Below, one piece after another: positions 11,314 through 24,809 of a stretch of DNA of 64,000 bases. The translations under genes were made by a program, and so were the position numbers. A model generated the notes under the pieces. That model saw nothing but the letters and a program-made list of their open reading frames with translations, made no database searches and had not been told where the DNA came from. The DNA comes from Gordius albopunctatus (Eukaryota): the NCBI GenBank assembly GCA_964276515.1, contig OZ193909.1, positions 19,096,001 to 19,160,000 on the forward strand, in the 5' to 3' direction. The number at the start of each line of letters is the position of its first letter. Positions within the stretch are counted from its first letter, which is position 1.

Positions 11314-11568
11314 GTTAACCTAATATACCAATTCAAAAACAAAAACAAAATCGATTTATTTGACCAATGGTCATTTTTTTATTGGTCAGTAGCCAGCGGA
11401 AGGTCCAAAAATTATATTATCAATGGTATTAACAAGAACCAAATATAAATTTAATTAAAATATTTTTTCTCCAGGGATTGAACTTGAACCTGCAAGCCAG
11501 AAAGCTGAAGCGAAAATAGGTAACGGACGGACTTAAAAAAGCGAGCCCATAAATTGCATAGCAATTAA
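11306..11568 (-). mobile_element. 5' part of the HINE-like element interrupted by the CRE insertion
   Basis: One monomer, GGAC repeats and sub-TIR CCATAAATTGCATAGCAATTAA ending at 11568. Confidence 0.8.
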
Positions 11569-13003
11569 TAGCTTCAAATATAGTGAAACATTCATTAAAA
11601 AATCAAATATTTGAAATATTATTATAATAAGCTAAAGGGAAATTACAAGAAAATTTAACCAAGGTTCGGAAAATTACCTTATTTTACCATCTCTATCCAG
11701 AAAAGACATACGTTATGTGAGCTTATTTGACAAGCCTCTTTTGTAAATACAAATTTAAAAATTTAATTTTCTATGAACACTTTTTGAAGCATAAAAGCTA
11801 CATTGGTTGCTCACTCGAATTGGTTTGGGCCGGGCTAAAACCGCAAGTCGGGTTGGCCCATTAGGCCCGATTATTTTTCCGGCCTTGAGCGAACCGTGCA
11901 GGGCTCTACCTACATTGACCCTCGCCCCAGTTAAGCGATCGCTGCCTTTATTATCACAGTCCCTTTAGCCGCTTAGATATAACTATCCGGCGGCCAATAT
12001 TTTTATACTTTACCCAAATTTATGAATTTTATTAACTAATTTATATATTCATGGGTTTAATTAATTGCTATTAAATTTTTTGTTTGCCATATGTAATCAT
12101 ATACACAAGAAGGATATTTATAAAGAACTGAACCTAAAATAGGAAAGGTTATTAATGAATGTGTTAGTATTAAAACTGAATATACGTGATGTACTTTGCA
12201 AAACCATCTTATAACATTTTATTTTATAAAGTTGAGCGTTTTCGTGTTTGAAAAACAATAACAAGAGCCATACGATGGTGAACATATATGTTATATTTAC
12301 TACCTTATTTCTCAGTATTCGATTAATATCAAAGCCATGTTTTGTAATAACAAGCTATCTTCAACATTGAACCCGAGTTCATTTTGTATTCTCTATTCAT
12401 TAATTCGTTTCTATTAATTTATATAATACATAAATAACACATTTTGTGAAAAACAAGATTCCTAGGTACAATGAACTTGAGTTCATCATATATTCCCTTT
12501 AAATATTAAATTTGTTTCTACGAATTTATATGATTCATAGATACTTTGTTAACAAAGTATACTTAGCTATAAACGTTGAATTCCATTTACATTTGGGATA
12601 GCAATGAAATTTGTTTCCCTATTTTTTTAAAAAAGTTGTAAGGCTACGGGGCAATGGGACAAAATATTATAGTAGTATTGTTAATATCTGAGTATTTTGA
12701 AATTTTCAGAGCCTCGGCTGAGGACAGAAAATCGGCATAACTATCTGTAAATATAATTCATTAGCCATAACCGAATGTTTTCCCAATATCTACGATTCTT
12801 AATTTTTTAATTTATTTATCTTACCTTCACAAAATATGTAATTCTCTTTACAAAAATAATAAATGATATAATACTGCTAAATTTTTTTTTGCATTTTCTA
12901 TCAAAATTCTATTTTTCCTACACAATTAAAACATTTCAGCAATGCACCTCTTCTTCGCTATTTTATCGCTGCTGCTTATATTTGATGATGGAAAAACTAT
13001 AAG

Positions 13004-15048
13004 CAGAGCTGTTAAAGTTCATTTTACATATGAACTAGTTCAAGTTCATAGTTCAGTTTGGAAAAAAAATTAGTTCAAGTTCAGTTCATAGTTCAGTTCA
13101 TTTTTTAAATATTATATTTAATAAACATTTTTTATATACCGTCAAGCTTTTTTAATACAAAACTAAATCAGCTATTTATTTTTCATTTCAAACAATATAA
13201 TATTAATTTGCAATTGATAATAGAAGTCATGAGAAGTAGATGAGAATTGGACTTGAATAAAATATTTTTTTCAAAATTATTATTTAAAAAAGAAGAACTT
13301 ATAAAATAAAGTTTAATTTCTATATTGGAATTCTGCAAATTAAATATACGATATATACCGTATTATAAAATAAATATTTAACGGCAAAGTTAATCTGAAA
13401 TGGGAGGAAATTTTTTGGGAACTGGGTCTTAAACTTGAATACCATGGTTTACTTTTATTGATTTTTTGGTATAAATTAATCAATGTACAATTAATAACAA
13501 AATAATAATTAACCTTACGTTCTTATTCCACTAATGCTACTTTTATTGTTGTTTTACAACGTTCCAATCCCCTTAAATGACGAGAAAAAAAAATTTTAAT
13601 GGAAAAACCCTTAAAAATTACAAAATTTATGTTTTTCCCCTCCCTAATTGAACTTTTATCCGTTTCGCCCCCTTCCCGATTCCAAAACCTGGCTACCCCC
13701 ATGTGTGCAGGTTATAAATTTTATAAATTCCAATATTAAAAGTATACACTCGTTTGTGGCTATATGGGCTATAATTGATGATGGTAATATAATGGACTAA
13801 AACGTTTACCTATTTGTTAAACAAAGGGTTTACTATGAGCTTTAGGCTTTACCCAGTGTTAAAAAAGTGTCTCAATTAGCCCAAATTATAGCGAAGTCAA
13901 ATAATATAATAAACTTTGTGTATTAATATTTGACACAGTAAAGTTGATATAAATGTTATAGTTCGCAAAAACTAAAAAAAATATATTCTATACTTTAAGC
14001 TTATTTATAGTCTTATTTTCATATTGCACTTAAAATAAATAGTTTATCACTTGTTTAATAATTTTATAATATCAAAAAATATTTCTATTTAGCGTAATAT
14101 TTTTTTTAAAGTCGATACAAGTCGAGAAATCTGTTGAGACGAGGAGATTTTTTTAGACTGAGACGAGATTCTCATAATCGCACTTGAGAATTGACGAAAT
14201 TTTTTTTCAGGACCGAGAACGAGATTGAAACACTAAAAAAATCAAACTCCGACCCCCCCCCCATTTACTCTCACTTGCAGGTTTCATCTCATCCCGTTTA
14301 TCAACGGATGAGTTGGTCAAACAAATTACTCACACCCAAGACCCGCACCTCGACAGCGTCCTTCTGGCATGGGAAGACCTCAAACTTGATTCCGCAACTC
14401 ACCCAACTGGAACCACACAAAAGTAATGGGATTTACCACTGATAGCACGTTCCGTAGTTTACCTCACTTCGAACAACCTATCTTTGGTAAATCTCCTTTT
14501 CAATGGCTTGAGGCCCTACCCTACCAAGCCAAAACCTAGGGTTACACTTGTCGGGTGAGGAACTTTGAATAGCTGTAGGCCTACGCCTCGGCTGCGACAT
14601 TGTGTACTCAATCAACTGCGACCTCTGTCACCAACCCGTTCTAGAAAACGGCCATCATCCTCTACACTGCCAATACAGCAAGGGGCGGCATCCCCGTCAT
14701 GCCACAATAAATAAAGTAATCGGACAATTTTTAAAGAAAGCCGGCTTCTCCACTGGCCTAAGCTCCAGTGACGGTAAAAGACCCGACTGTGTAACGATCA
14801 TCCCGTGGGCTCGTGGCCTAAACGCCTGCTGGGACTTCACTACAGTGGATATATTTGCCAAATCTAACTCCTCTCTCGACCTCATCTCTTCTACTGAGAG
14901 AAAGAACGTGGAAAAATGAACTAGTTCATTTAAATTGTAAAGTTCAATTTCGGAATATTTAAAAAAGAACTAGTTCAAGTTCATAGTTCAATTTTTGGAA
15001 AGGTAACTAGTTCAGTTCAAGGTGAACTATTCGTTCAAAGCAGCTCTA
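13004..15048. mobile_element. Non-autonomous hAT element
   Basis: Ends CAGAGCTG.../...CAGCTCTA, AACTAGTTCAAGTTCATAGTTCA sub-terminal repeats near both ends, and 8-bp TSD ACTATAAG/ACTATAGG. Confidence 0.8.
14270..14915 (+). pseudogene. Degraded CRE-type RLE fragment (more distant subfamily)
   Basis: ORF 14602-14919: CDLC...GHHPLHC..SKGRHPRHATIN...DGKRPD...IPW..G....WDFT. Confidence 0.85.
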
Positions 15049-16113
15049 ACTATAGGTAATCATTGTTTAACCTTCTCATCTATTTTTCCATTTAAATTTT
15101 GAGGTTGCTTGCTATTTAAAATTGCTTATACTTCAAGAAAAGATCACTTATGATATTTAAAGGGGTTGTCTAGAATTTATTTTAAAAATATTTTTATAAA
15201 ATAATAATACCATTCACTAGTGGCTAGCGGCTCGTCTCATGATTTTTCATAGGCCGGACTCTAGGTTGGTCAAGCTATGTCAAAATATATTTGAAAGCCA
15301 TGACTTATTAGACTTAGAAAGAAACTCGTAAGTAACTGTGAAAAATAATCTATACATATTAGTGGCATAATAATTTGTTTATTATCGGGCGTAGGGTGGG
15401 GGCAGGGAGGAATTAGTTCAAATTTATTAAAACAATGACCAAAATTTCAAGAATTGATCATTTTGCCCCTCCCTAAATCATTATTGCCCCCCCCTCTGAT
15501 TCCTACTGTATGGTCGACCATTCATTTTAGTCGTTTAAACATATAGAGCAGACCAAAGGTTTTTCGGTTTCTTTTTCTTAGTCGCCGACTAAAACCAAAG
15601 GTGGTCGATCCAATAAAAACCGAGCCGGTTTTACAACACTAGTAGTAGTAACAATAGGCATTGTAGGGATGGAATTTGTTATCTCCGCCCACATTCCTTC
15701 ACTATTTTTAGGATTTCATCTCCATTTTTTATTTTGTTACCTGAAGATGGGTCTCTTTGGCTCCAAAATAAAATTTCATTTCCTCCTACTCATTTTATCA
15801 ATTCAACCTTAGCACTTGTTAACATAAATATAATTAAAAAGGATCGGACAGTAAATGCGTAACCCAAACCCCTAATAAAAAAATATTTGACGACAATTTT
15901 AACCTTTTCAAATAATCGCCAATCTTTTAAATCGTCAAAAAAATAACACGGAGGCGCCTGGGAGGACGTGGTTAATATAAAATAGATATACTCAGTAAAA
16001 ATATCGATTCAATCTAAAAAATATAATAAAAACTGTTGGTTCGACGACTGCTATCATAAAAATTTAAATATAAGATATAAATTGTTTAATCAAGTTTATA
16101 TGTCAAGTCAATA

Positions 16114-17249
16114 TCTTATATATAAAAATGAAACTATGTATGTATGTGTGTATGTATGTATGCCGCCACAAATTTTGAAAAACTACGAGACCGATTTGGC
16201 TCAAAATTTTACAGTTTATTCCCCACACTGCGGACCATGTTTTAAGATATGTTCGAGCCAAATCGGTCCAGTAGTTTTTGAGTTAGTTAGTTTTATATGT
16301 TTTGCCGTTTAATAATACGTCAATCAAACGCAACCTCATGACGTACTGCCTATTTAAATGAAAATATGTATGTGTATGCAAGTAGGTAGTGTAGGGTGTG
16401 TGATAAATGTAGGCATGTGCTGCGGAAATGGAAACTTTTTACGATTTGAAACATTAAATCAAAGCATGGGCGTACGCAGGTTTTGAATTAGGGGGAGTCA
16501 GATTAAAAAAAAAATTTCTCGACTATCCAAAAATTTTCCTTAGAGCAAAAAAAAGGTCTTCGACTACTAAATCACTAAATTTTTCCTGAGACCCGCAGGG
16601 GGTAGCCGGCTCCCCTGACTAATTAGGGGGAGGGGCAGCCACCCTTTCTGCCCTTCCCTGGCTAATTAGGTGGGGGGGGGGGCAAAACATAAGTTTTAAG
16701 GGTTTTTGTATTGAAAAATTAGTGAGGGAAGGGTACGCCCATGAATCAAAGTCATTTTTTTGCTTATTTTTCACGTCTATTATTATTATTATTATAGGAC
16801 GGTCGTGTCTTCTCCTGCGTGGCTAAATAAAATAAAAAATATAAATTTGTCATTTTTTGCGGGTTAAATATGGGGAAAAATGAAAATACAATTAACAAAG
16901 TGCCAATAAATGTTTATATATCTCAGTTCTTCGGACATTATTAAGTTCAGAATTAAAAGTTTTATTCAGAAACAAATAATTATGATATTGTTTCTTAATT
17001 ACAAAAAAAAATAAATAAAATTGCTTGAAGTGCCGGGGGGCCAAAGATTTTTCCCTTGGGAGGGCATGGGGCCAGGTTTTCTCTCTTGGGTGGGCCTGGG
17101 CCTTGTAACCTCTTTAAATATTTGTTTAAAAATTATCAAATTTTATTTTTACTTCAATAACCGCTTTATCATCATATATGCCCTAAAATTCCAATATAAT
17201 TTAATACACCCGGGTAAATGGCAAAACAACGTTTGCCGGGTTCATCTAG
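16114..17249 (+). mobile_element. Non-autonomous Helitron
   Basis: A|TC 5' end followed by (TATG)n. 3' hairpin GGCAAA-ACAACG-TTTGCC (17220-17237) and CTAG|T terminus. Homologues at 24810 and 58041. Confidence 0.9.
16465..16743. mobile_element. hAT MITE captured inside the Helitron
   Basis: TIR CATGGGCGTAC/GTACGCCCATG and exact 8-bp TSD AATCAAAG. Confidence 0.9.
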
Positions 17250-17493
17250 TAACTTAGAATTTAAATTCACTAGTTAAGACGAAATCAGCTTGGAACTAAA
17301 CTAAAACTCAGGAGACATTTGTTAATAATAATAATAATAACACGGTTTAACAAGAAAAATAAACATTTTACAGCATCCAAATTATTTAAGAGTCTTATTA
17401 AAAAATGTAAAAAGCCAGCAAATTGAATTATACAAGGATTAGCCTAATGAGCTTAACCAAGGGCGGAGGGCAGGGAGGAGCGGCTGCCCCCCT

Positions 17494-17755
17494 AAATTTA
17501 ATATGCAATTTGTGGGCTCACTTTCCATTTTCCGATGTCTTGTCACGCACCGAATGTCTTGTCACGCTTTTCGTCGTGTTTACCACTGAAACCGCTTGGA
17601 AGTAGGTTCGATACCCGGGGAGGACAATTTTTTTTTAATTAAACGGAAAATTTGTATTAATAATTAAGTAATCATTTTGCATTTAATACCCCCCTATAGG
17701 CAATCTCGCCCCTTCCCCCCTCCCTCTTCCCACGAAAGCCGAAGGCCCGAGTTTT
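17494..17755 (+). mobile_element. Short degenerate HINE-like copy
   Basis: ATATGCAATTTGTGGGCTC 5' motif and AGCCGAAGGCCCGAGTTTT 3' end. Confidence 0.7.
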
Positions 17756-18663
17756 ATTTTCATTTTATAACACGCACTGGGGAGGGAAAATTTTAGCATA
17801 AATAGCCTTAGATTTAATAGACTTTCATCTACTACAATTAAATCCCACATAGATTTTTTAAATTGTATTTAAAATTATGTAAAGTGTTAGTGCACTAATT
17901 AATTGGAAACTACACAAGTGTACCTAACATAAAAGTAAGTTGGAATTTATTAAATGGTTCATTTGCAAAACTTTGTATTTAAAATTGATGTGATCGATAG
18001 GTATTTTGGGATTAATAAAAAAAACAATATAGATTTGTGTATTTAAAATAATTATAACTAATTTTGCACACCGCAATTCCAAAATTTAAAGGATTTCGTT
18101 AAAAGTTTTTTAACGCTTTCGGGTTGGGCCGGGTCGGTCGGGCCGGTTTTGGGTCGAAATTGCTTTTCACTACGTTTCGCCTCCACACCGATAAAATTTC
18201 CTCCTAATTTTGGCAACACCAAATGCACTTGTAGTTTGTTATATTGCATAATATCAATTATTATTTTAATCGAAAGAATATCCAATTAATATCCTAAATA
18301 GAAATCTCACAAAATAATAAAATTGCGCAACTAACAATTATATGATTATGTTGTTTGATAATAATAATTCCGACCGGGGCTTCAAAATACACTATAGGCT
18401 CATTAAATGAGTAATGTTTAGTTATTTATATATTTTATCATAACAAAGATATGTGTTATTTTACCATACAAACAATCTTTATACTTGATTATTTCCTTTG
18501 ATATACAAATGGTTTTCGCAATTTTTCTACAATTTAGAAGCTTTTCTTGGAAATTTGATTGTACTATGAACTTTAAATTTTAACTATAAATGGCGAGGCA
18601 TCATCTTATCTTCTAATTCATAATAATTTTTTCAAATCTTTTGAACATCATTTATTATTCTCA

Positions 18664-21600
18664 ATGAAATTTATAACCAATTCCATCATTTTAATATTAT
18701 GCCTAGTCTGCACCCAAAAATTAGTTCGAACCCAATCGAGTAAGCTTTTTTTTATTTTGAATTTTATACTTTATTCTATAAAATAAAAATATATCCGAAA
18801 TATACTGTAGGCAAGTTTGAATATGTTGTCAAAGGTGCATTGTATGTTAACCGCCTAGATATGGAAAAATATGGTAGACCAGCGTTTAAAAAAATAGTGA
18901 GCCAGGTAGTGTTAGTAAATTGTTATTGTTATCAATTATATTAATTTTTTAGGAAAAATAAAGTAATTAAATATTTTATAAAATAATGGAAGTCTTTAAC
19001 TTTTATTAAGGGTATATCTAGAAGAGATGGGGGAGGAGCAGTGCCCCCCTTGTCAGAATTTATTTTTAATTGCTATGCAATTTATGGGTTCACTTTTTGT
19101 TGCCCGTCCGTCCGTCCGTTGTCCTTCCTTTCAACGTTCTGACTTGCTGGTTCGATACCCAGAGAGGACAATTTTTTTTAATTAAATTAATATATTGTTC
19201 TTGTTAATACCATTGATAATATGACTTTTTGACCGTGTCCTGGCTACTGACCAATGAAAAAATGATCATTGGCCAAATTGTGATTCGAAATTTTTTTTCG
19301 TTTTTGAATTGGTATATTAGGTTAACATTGATAATTACCCTATGCCTTCCCCTACAAGGGCCTATACCTCTATTGATATGGGTCCCTGTGACCCCCCCCC
19401 CACAAAATCCTATGCCTCTATTAATGTGTATTTTTTTAATTAATATATTTTTTTTGATAATACCATTGATAATATGGCTTTTTGGCCGTCCGCTGGCTGC
19501 TGACCAATGAAAAAAATGACCATTGGCCAAATTGTGATTCGAATTTTTTTTAATTAACTAATCATTTTGCATTTAATACCCCCCTATAGGCATTCTCGCC
19601 CCTTTCAACCTTTCTCGCCCATATATTGCATAGCAAATATGCTACTTTTATACAGAGTATAGAAGAGTTCCCCCTTCCCCTCCCCCACTCCCATTCCCAC
19701 GAGGGCCGAAGGCCCGAGTTTTGTTATCCATTTGATTTTAATGTTTTAAAAAATGATGAAATATGCTTTGATTTAATTTTTGTATCTTGACTTTAGATAA
19801 AATCAGTGATTGAAGCAATGGGGGATCAAGTTAATATTACTTATCAGTCCAAAATATTTAAATATAGAGTAATAGTTAATAGTTTACTTTTTACTTTAAA
19901 ATGCCAAAAATTAAAATTTTATTTTTACAATATTGATATTAATAAAAAAATTAGAAAATTATTAAATAAAACCAAATATTTTTTTCGTTATTAAATTACA
20001 AAATAAATTAAATTTTAGATTATTAGGGCAGAAGACTCATTGGATCTCCTGAAAGCATTTGAGCAAAAGCTCAACAATTCCAGAAAAAAATCTAAATCAC
20101 ATATAGCAATATACCTAACTAGGTAATCTTTATATTTATTATAAATTATTATTAAAATTATTATTATTACTATTATTTTTACTATTGCTGTTGTTTTCAA
20201 GTCGATTCCCAGCAGATTCAATAAAAGGTAAACAAAAAAGAAACAAAAATTAATGTCGTCTTAAAATCAAATTTAGGCAAATAATCCTTAATCATTATTT
20301 CCTATAAAATATCAGAAGGTTTTTAAAATTTTATAAATTTTATAACATGCATTTTATGATTTTCTTTGAATTTTTAACAAAGCAATAAAAACTTAAGCAA
20401 CTAGGAAAACTTTAAAATGTCTCCTGCTGCATGAGCGAAGCTAGCATTGGAATTGGAGGAGGGCAATAATGATTTAGGGAGATGCAAAATAATAATCTTT
20501 GGAAATTTAGTCATAATTTTAATATATTTCAACAAATTTTTGGATTTAGAGTCCCCCCCCCTTGGCTTCGCCCGTGGTCTCCTGTGTAAAACACTATATA
20601 ACTTAATAACATTAACTGCAAAAAAGACATTGTAACCCAATTTATGAATTTGAATTTTAAAATTTTTCTATTATGACAGGATTATCTTCTATCTATGCTA
20701 TCTGCCTCAACAAAAGTGTGGCTGTCGTTAAATTAGATGAAACTAATGTTACGAATATAGCTCATGAAATCAGTCATTTGTAAGTTATAACTTCTTGCAA
20801 AAGAGTATGTATTAATTTATCGAAATTACATAAATTTTAATTATTATTTATAATTAAACTTAAAGTTGTTTGAAAAATAATTTAGATTAGGTTACACGCA
20901 TGATAGCAATAATCGATGGATGCTCCAACCTAACCTCTACAATAATGGTGAAAAAATGTGGTCCAATAAAACATTGTCACAAATAGCAACATTTTTAAGG
21001 TTTAAAAATTTAGATTTCTTAGCTTTTATAACTTTTACAAAATATATAAGCGACCCGACCCGACCCGAAAGCATTTTTAATTTTCAACCCGGGATCGGAT
21101 CACCCGTTCAGGACTAGTGTGCATAGCTATATACAACGCCATAGATGTTCATTAGTGCTAGTTAGACCCTCTCCATAAATTACATAAACTATTCAGTTCA
21201 TATGTTTTCATTGGTCCGCCATTTTGAAATATGCACTTCTACATTAATTCATAAAGTATAAGGGTCAAATAGCAAACTAAAGATATATAATTACTTTAGA
21301 GAAAAGACACTTTAATGGATTTTAAAATCATAAAAAAGCCAAGTGAATCATAAATAATTTATAGATGGCGCTAAAATCATTGAAAGATTCTTAAATTTTT
21401 TATTTAATACTATTATAATTCATGTAAAGAATGTTGTTTAGGTTAGTTAATTTGTTGATAGCTTTATTTAACTTTTACTATTAACTCAATCACAAAATTA
21501 ACTAAAATAAGTTTTTTTAACGATGCACATTTCAATATGGCGGAAAGTCACTTTTTCAGTTGAAGAGCAGTTGATGAAGTTAATCTATCGTCCTTTATAA

Positions 21601-21838
21601 TTTTTTTTTTAAATTTATATATGTTGTTTATTTGAACGTAAGAACATTATAAAAACGACGTGTCAACATTCGAGGAATATAAAAGCGGGTGTAAAACTAA
21701 ATAAAAATATTATGATTCAACCTTATGAAATCCCCGAAGTGACTAATCAGCTTTAATGACATGAAGATTTAAATTTAATTTCTTTTATTAAATAGAGAAT
21801 CGGATCATCATTGCTTGAAAGAAAGAAATGCTCCGTGA
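18664..21838 (+). CDS. Secreted reprolysin/M12B-type zinc metalloprotease, catalytic domain only (~206 aa, 8 exons)
   Basis: GT-AG exons in consistent phase: 18664-18739, 18811-18896, 19797-19868, 20019-20122, 20202-20227, 20680-20779, 20886-20999, 21796-21838. Signal peptide MKFITNSIILILCLVC. Motifs: FEYVVKGALYVNRLDMEKYG, SHIAIYLT, GLSSIYAIC, HEISHLLGYTHD (HExxHxxGxxHD), RWMLQP Met-turn region, terminal CLKERNAP*. AATAAA at 21901. Confidence 0.85.
19066..19722 (+). mobile_element. Complete short HINE-like copy in intron 2 of the M12B gene
   Basis: TTAATTGCTATGCAATTTATGG start, GTCC repeats, two monomers, inverted sub-TIR at 19619-19636, hairpin plus GAGTTTT end. Sits in a T-run. Confidence 0.85.
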
Positions 21839-22124
21839 AAATTGGATCGTGTTAGAAGAAAACCTTTATACTTCTTAAACCTCTTTACACTATGGAAATG
21901 AATAAAATTAATTTTTAATAAAATTACATCCTAGAATTGCACATTGGTTATGCCTAACTTTTACATTTTAATCTCTATAGAGCTTTTAAGTAACTAGTCC
22001 TTTCCAATAAAAGGAACTCTAATTAATTTACGTGCAGGCCAAATGTAACAGTGTTTAGTTACATTATTTGGATAACTGTTTGTTATGACATTTTTTGTTC
22101 TAATTTAATAAGATAAAATACAGC

Positions 22125-22280
22125 CATGGGTGTACCCAGGTTTTGGATTGGGAGAAAGGGGCAAAACATTTAAAAGTTCAATTAGAGGGGGGCAAGACAT
22201 AAATTTTTTTTATTTTTTCAAAGTTTTTGCATTAAAATTATTTTTTTTTCGTAAATTGGGGAGGGGGAGGAACGCCTATG
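22125..22280. mobile_element. hAT-type MITE (CATGGG family)
   Basis: Ends CATGGGTGTAC/GAACGCCTATG. Flanks AATACAGC/AATACATA (6/8 match). Confidence 0.65.
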
Positions 22281-22751
22281 AATACATATTTTGTGAAGAT
22301 GATGGAAATAAATAAAAAAGTTAGGTATTGAAATATTGGGAAAACATTTCGATATTGCCATTGAATTATATATACAAATGGTAATGCCGATTTCCTGTCT
22401 CATAAAAAAGATTCGCGATTATCAAGGGATGGCAAAAAATGAAATTGTTTCCCTTTATTTTAACAATAATTTTAAAGGTTTTGGGTCCAAAGGTTGTGAG
22501 ACTGGTTGTCGCAATGGGACATAAAATTATTGTATTAATAAGTTACGATTATCTAAAATTTTTACTTTCTATAAAATTTAAAATTATTAATAAATGTGAA
22601 TACTAAGGTTAATTTCGTAGATTGTGTTTATCGATTTTTAATTTAATTTCTTTAAAGGAATTTCGACTTTATAATTAATTTTGATAAATAGTACAATTTT
22701 TGCTTTTTTTCGAATATATTTTTATATAGAAATAATTCTATTTCATTTTAA

Positions 22752-23110
22752 AGGAGATAACAATAACCCCATATATGTCCGCAATTAATTTAGAAGTTTA
22801 CCCTAATTAGCGGCATCTAAAGGCAAATTGTACAAATAATTGCCAGTCTCCTTTTTTGATAACGAATAAATTAGAAAAAACACTAGAGCGGTACTCCTAT
22901 ATGGGGCTATTTTTAATTGCTATCGAATTTATTGGCTCGTATTTGGTTGTCCGTCTGTCCGGCCTGTCCAGCTTGTAATTTTTTAATAATAACTGGGGAA
23001 ACTTTTATTGTTTCATCTCCTTTAAATTAAAATTGGCTCTAGATGGCGCTAATGAGAATAAGCTTTTAAGTTAAATACGGCACTCCTACTGGGGGTTATT
23101 TTTATCTCTT
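22752..23110. mobile_element. Kolobok-like MITE
   Basis: TTAA|AGGAGATAACAATAACCCC ... GGGGTTATTTTTATCTCTT|TTAA, with an internal inverted TTAGCG(G/C)CATCTA motif. TTAA flanks plus AG termini fit Kolobok. Confidence 0.6.
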
Positions 23111-23179
23111 TTAAATGATTAAGAGAACGAATTATTGTGCTCAGTATTTAGTTAAATTTTCGCTCAGTAGGATTTTTTT

Positions 23180-24290
23180 AGGTGTAAGAAGAGAGGCTAG
23201 ACCTAATTATACCTATAGGAGAACTAGTAGTAATCCCGATTTAAATTATCCCAATAGTTACAAAAACAAAAATAATAATTACTATAGGAGTCCCAATTTT
23301 TATGCTGAAAATACCAGTTTTCCCAACAATAATTACAAAGGTAATGAGGACAATTACCAAATTCCGTTTAGACGTAATTGTTATATTTATCATATAAGCC
23401 TTCGTGTTCTAGTATGATGTATAATGATAAAATCAATGAGACGAAAGACGGTACTTTGATTGACTAGTGTTGTTGTTTAATTCGCACATCGATCAATGTT
23501 TTTAAAGCATCAAATACACCATCTGCAGTGATAAATATTGATAATATCTATGTTATAAGATGCTAATTGACACGGGCGCCTCCATTTCAACAATATGTCA
23601 GCGTAATTTTAATGAATATTGGTCGCAAAGAAAATATAGCAAATCTTTTGGCTAAACGGGTTAACAATACTTATATTAAGGTATTAGGTAAGGTTAATGT
23701 ACTAGCTACAGTAAATAATAATAATAAGGTTCGCTTACAGTTATATATATTCAAAGAAGATGTGGACAACATAATGGGACAGCCCTGGATAAAGTTAATA
23801 GGCCCTTAATTAAATTGGTGGGGAATTTGTGAATCAGATTTGGATAAGATTTGTAATTTTAACGCTGAGTCCATAGGCATCGCGATTTCTCGGTGTGTTA
23901 AATGTAGGAATAGGGTAGCTAAAGAGACGAGAGGAGGTCATGTATGTTAAGATTATATCATAATATCGCTCCAAGATTTCCTAATCGTCCGTCAGTCAGC
24001 TACGAATGCAGAAAGTTGAGGTACCCGCCTGACTTGTTTCAATATCTCGAACCAGAACTACCTATGTCAAGAAGTTCCAAATTAAAGCTGAATCAGAAGG
24101 TTTGGTATAGGAACTACTTGAAGGAACCTATATGGGTACTAGGCGAGTAATCTACATTTTTGTTCCTAACAAAATTGGATGTTTGTCTAGACTGCACGCA
24201 GATGCGTTGCGTTAGTTAACAATAAAAAATCGAATACCAAAAATATTCGATTCGATTCGTAAAAAATTACTTTAGATGAAATTAGGGATG
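23180..24290 (+). pseudogene. Decayed Gypsy LTR-retrotransposon remnant
   Basis: Protease motif MLIDTGASISTIC at ~23560, IMGQPWI, and integrase C-terminal-like KLNQKVWYRNYLKEPIWVLG. Many stops and deletions. Confidence 0.75.
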
Positions 24291-24809
24291 TAAGATGCAC
24301 GGAACAACTTAGTGGTTACCTACATTTTGTGTACATTTTCTTAAATCCAACGACACACATATAAAGAATTTTTTTACGATTTATATCCCTCGAAAGTTTT
24401 GATGCATTAACAATTTTCAATAAAATTCACGAATTCGTATTATAATTAATTTAAAAGCAATATATGCTGCCCAAACCTCAAAAATGATTTAAAAAATAAC
24501 ACTTATTTAAAAAAATGGAGGATAATAGTTTTAGCGCCATCTATAATAAATTTAAAACCGAATATATATTGTAAAATGTTTTATTTGTTACGAATATTTT
24601 AATGTAAATAATCATTGGAATGTACACAATTAAGGTGAATATATATGACAAATATGTTCAAGTAAACAGTTTAGCAATATTTTGTTTTTACATATAGGTA
24701 TATTATTAAATTATTATATGTATATTACTTTTCCTTCTGCTGTTGGTGCATTCAAATGTGAGACATTTGATGGTGACTTTTAGTTAAATTGAGACACGAC
24801 GACTTATAA

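Noticed and set aside
15645..15790. Possible LINE endonuclease fragment on the minus strand (also ~57130-57430, LSILNWN)
   Set aside because: Only a vague resemblance over a short stretch; needs a profile search.
17021..17257. Apparent conserved small protein family (ORFs at 17021, 26639, 58597)
   Set aside because: The similarity comes from the shared Helitron 3' end. Starts are non-ATG and indels vary among copies.
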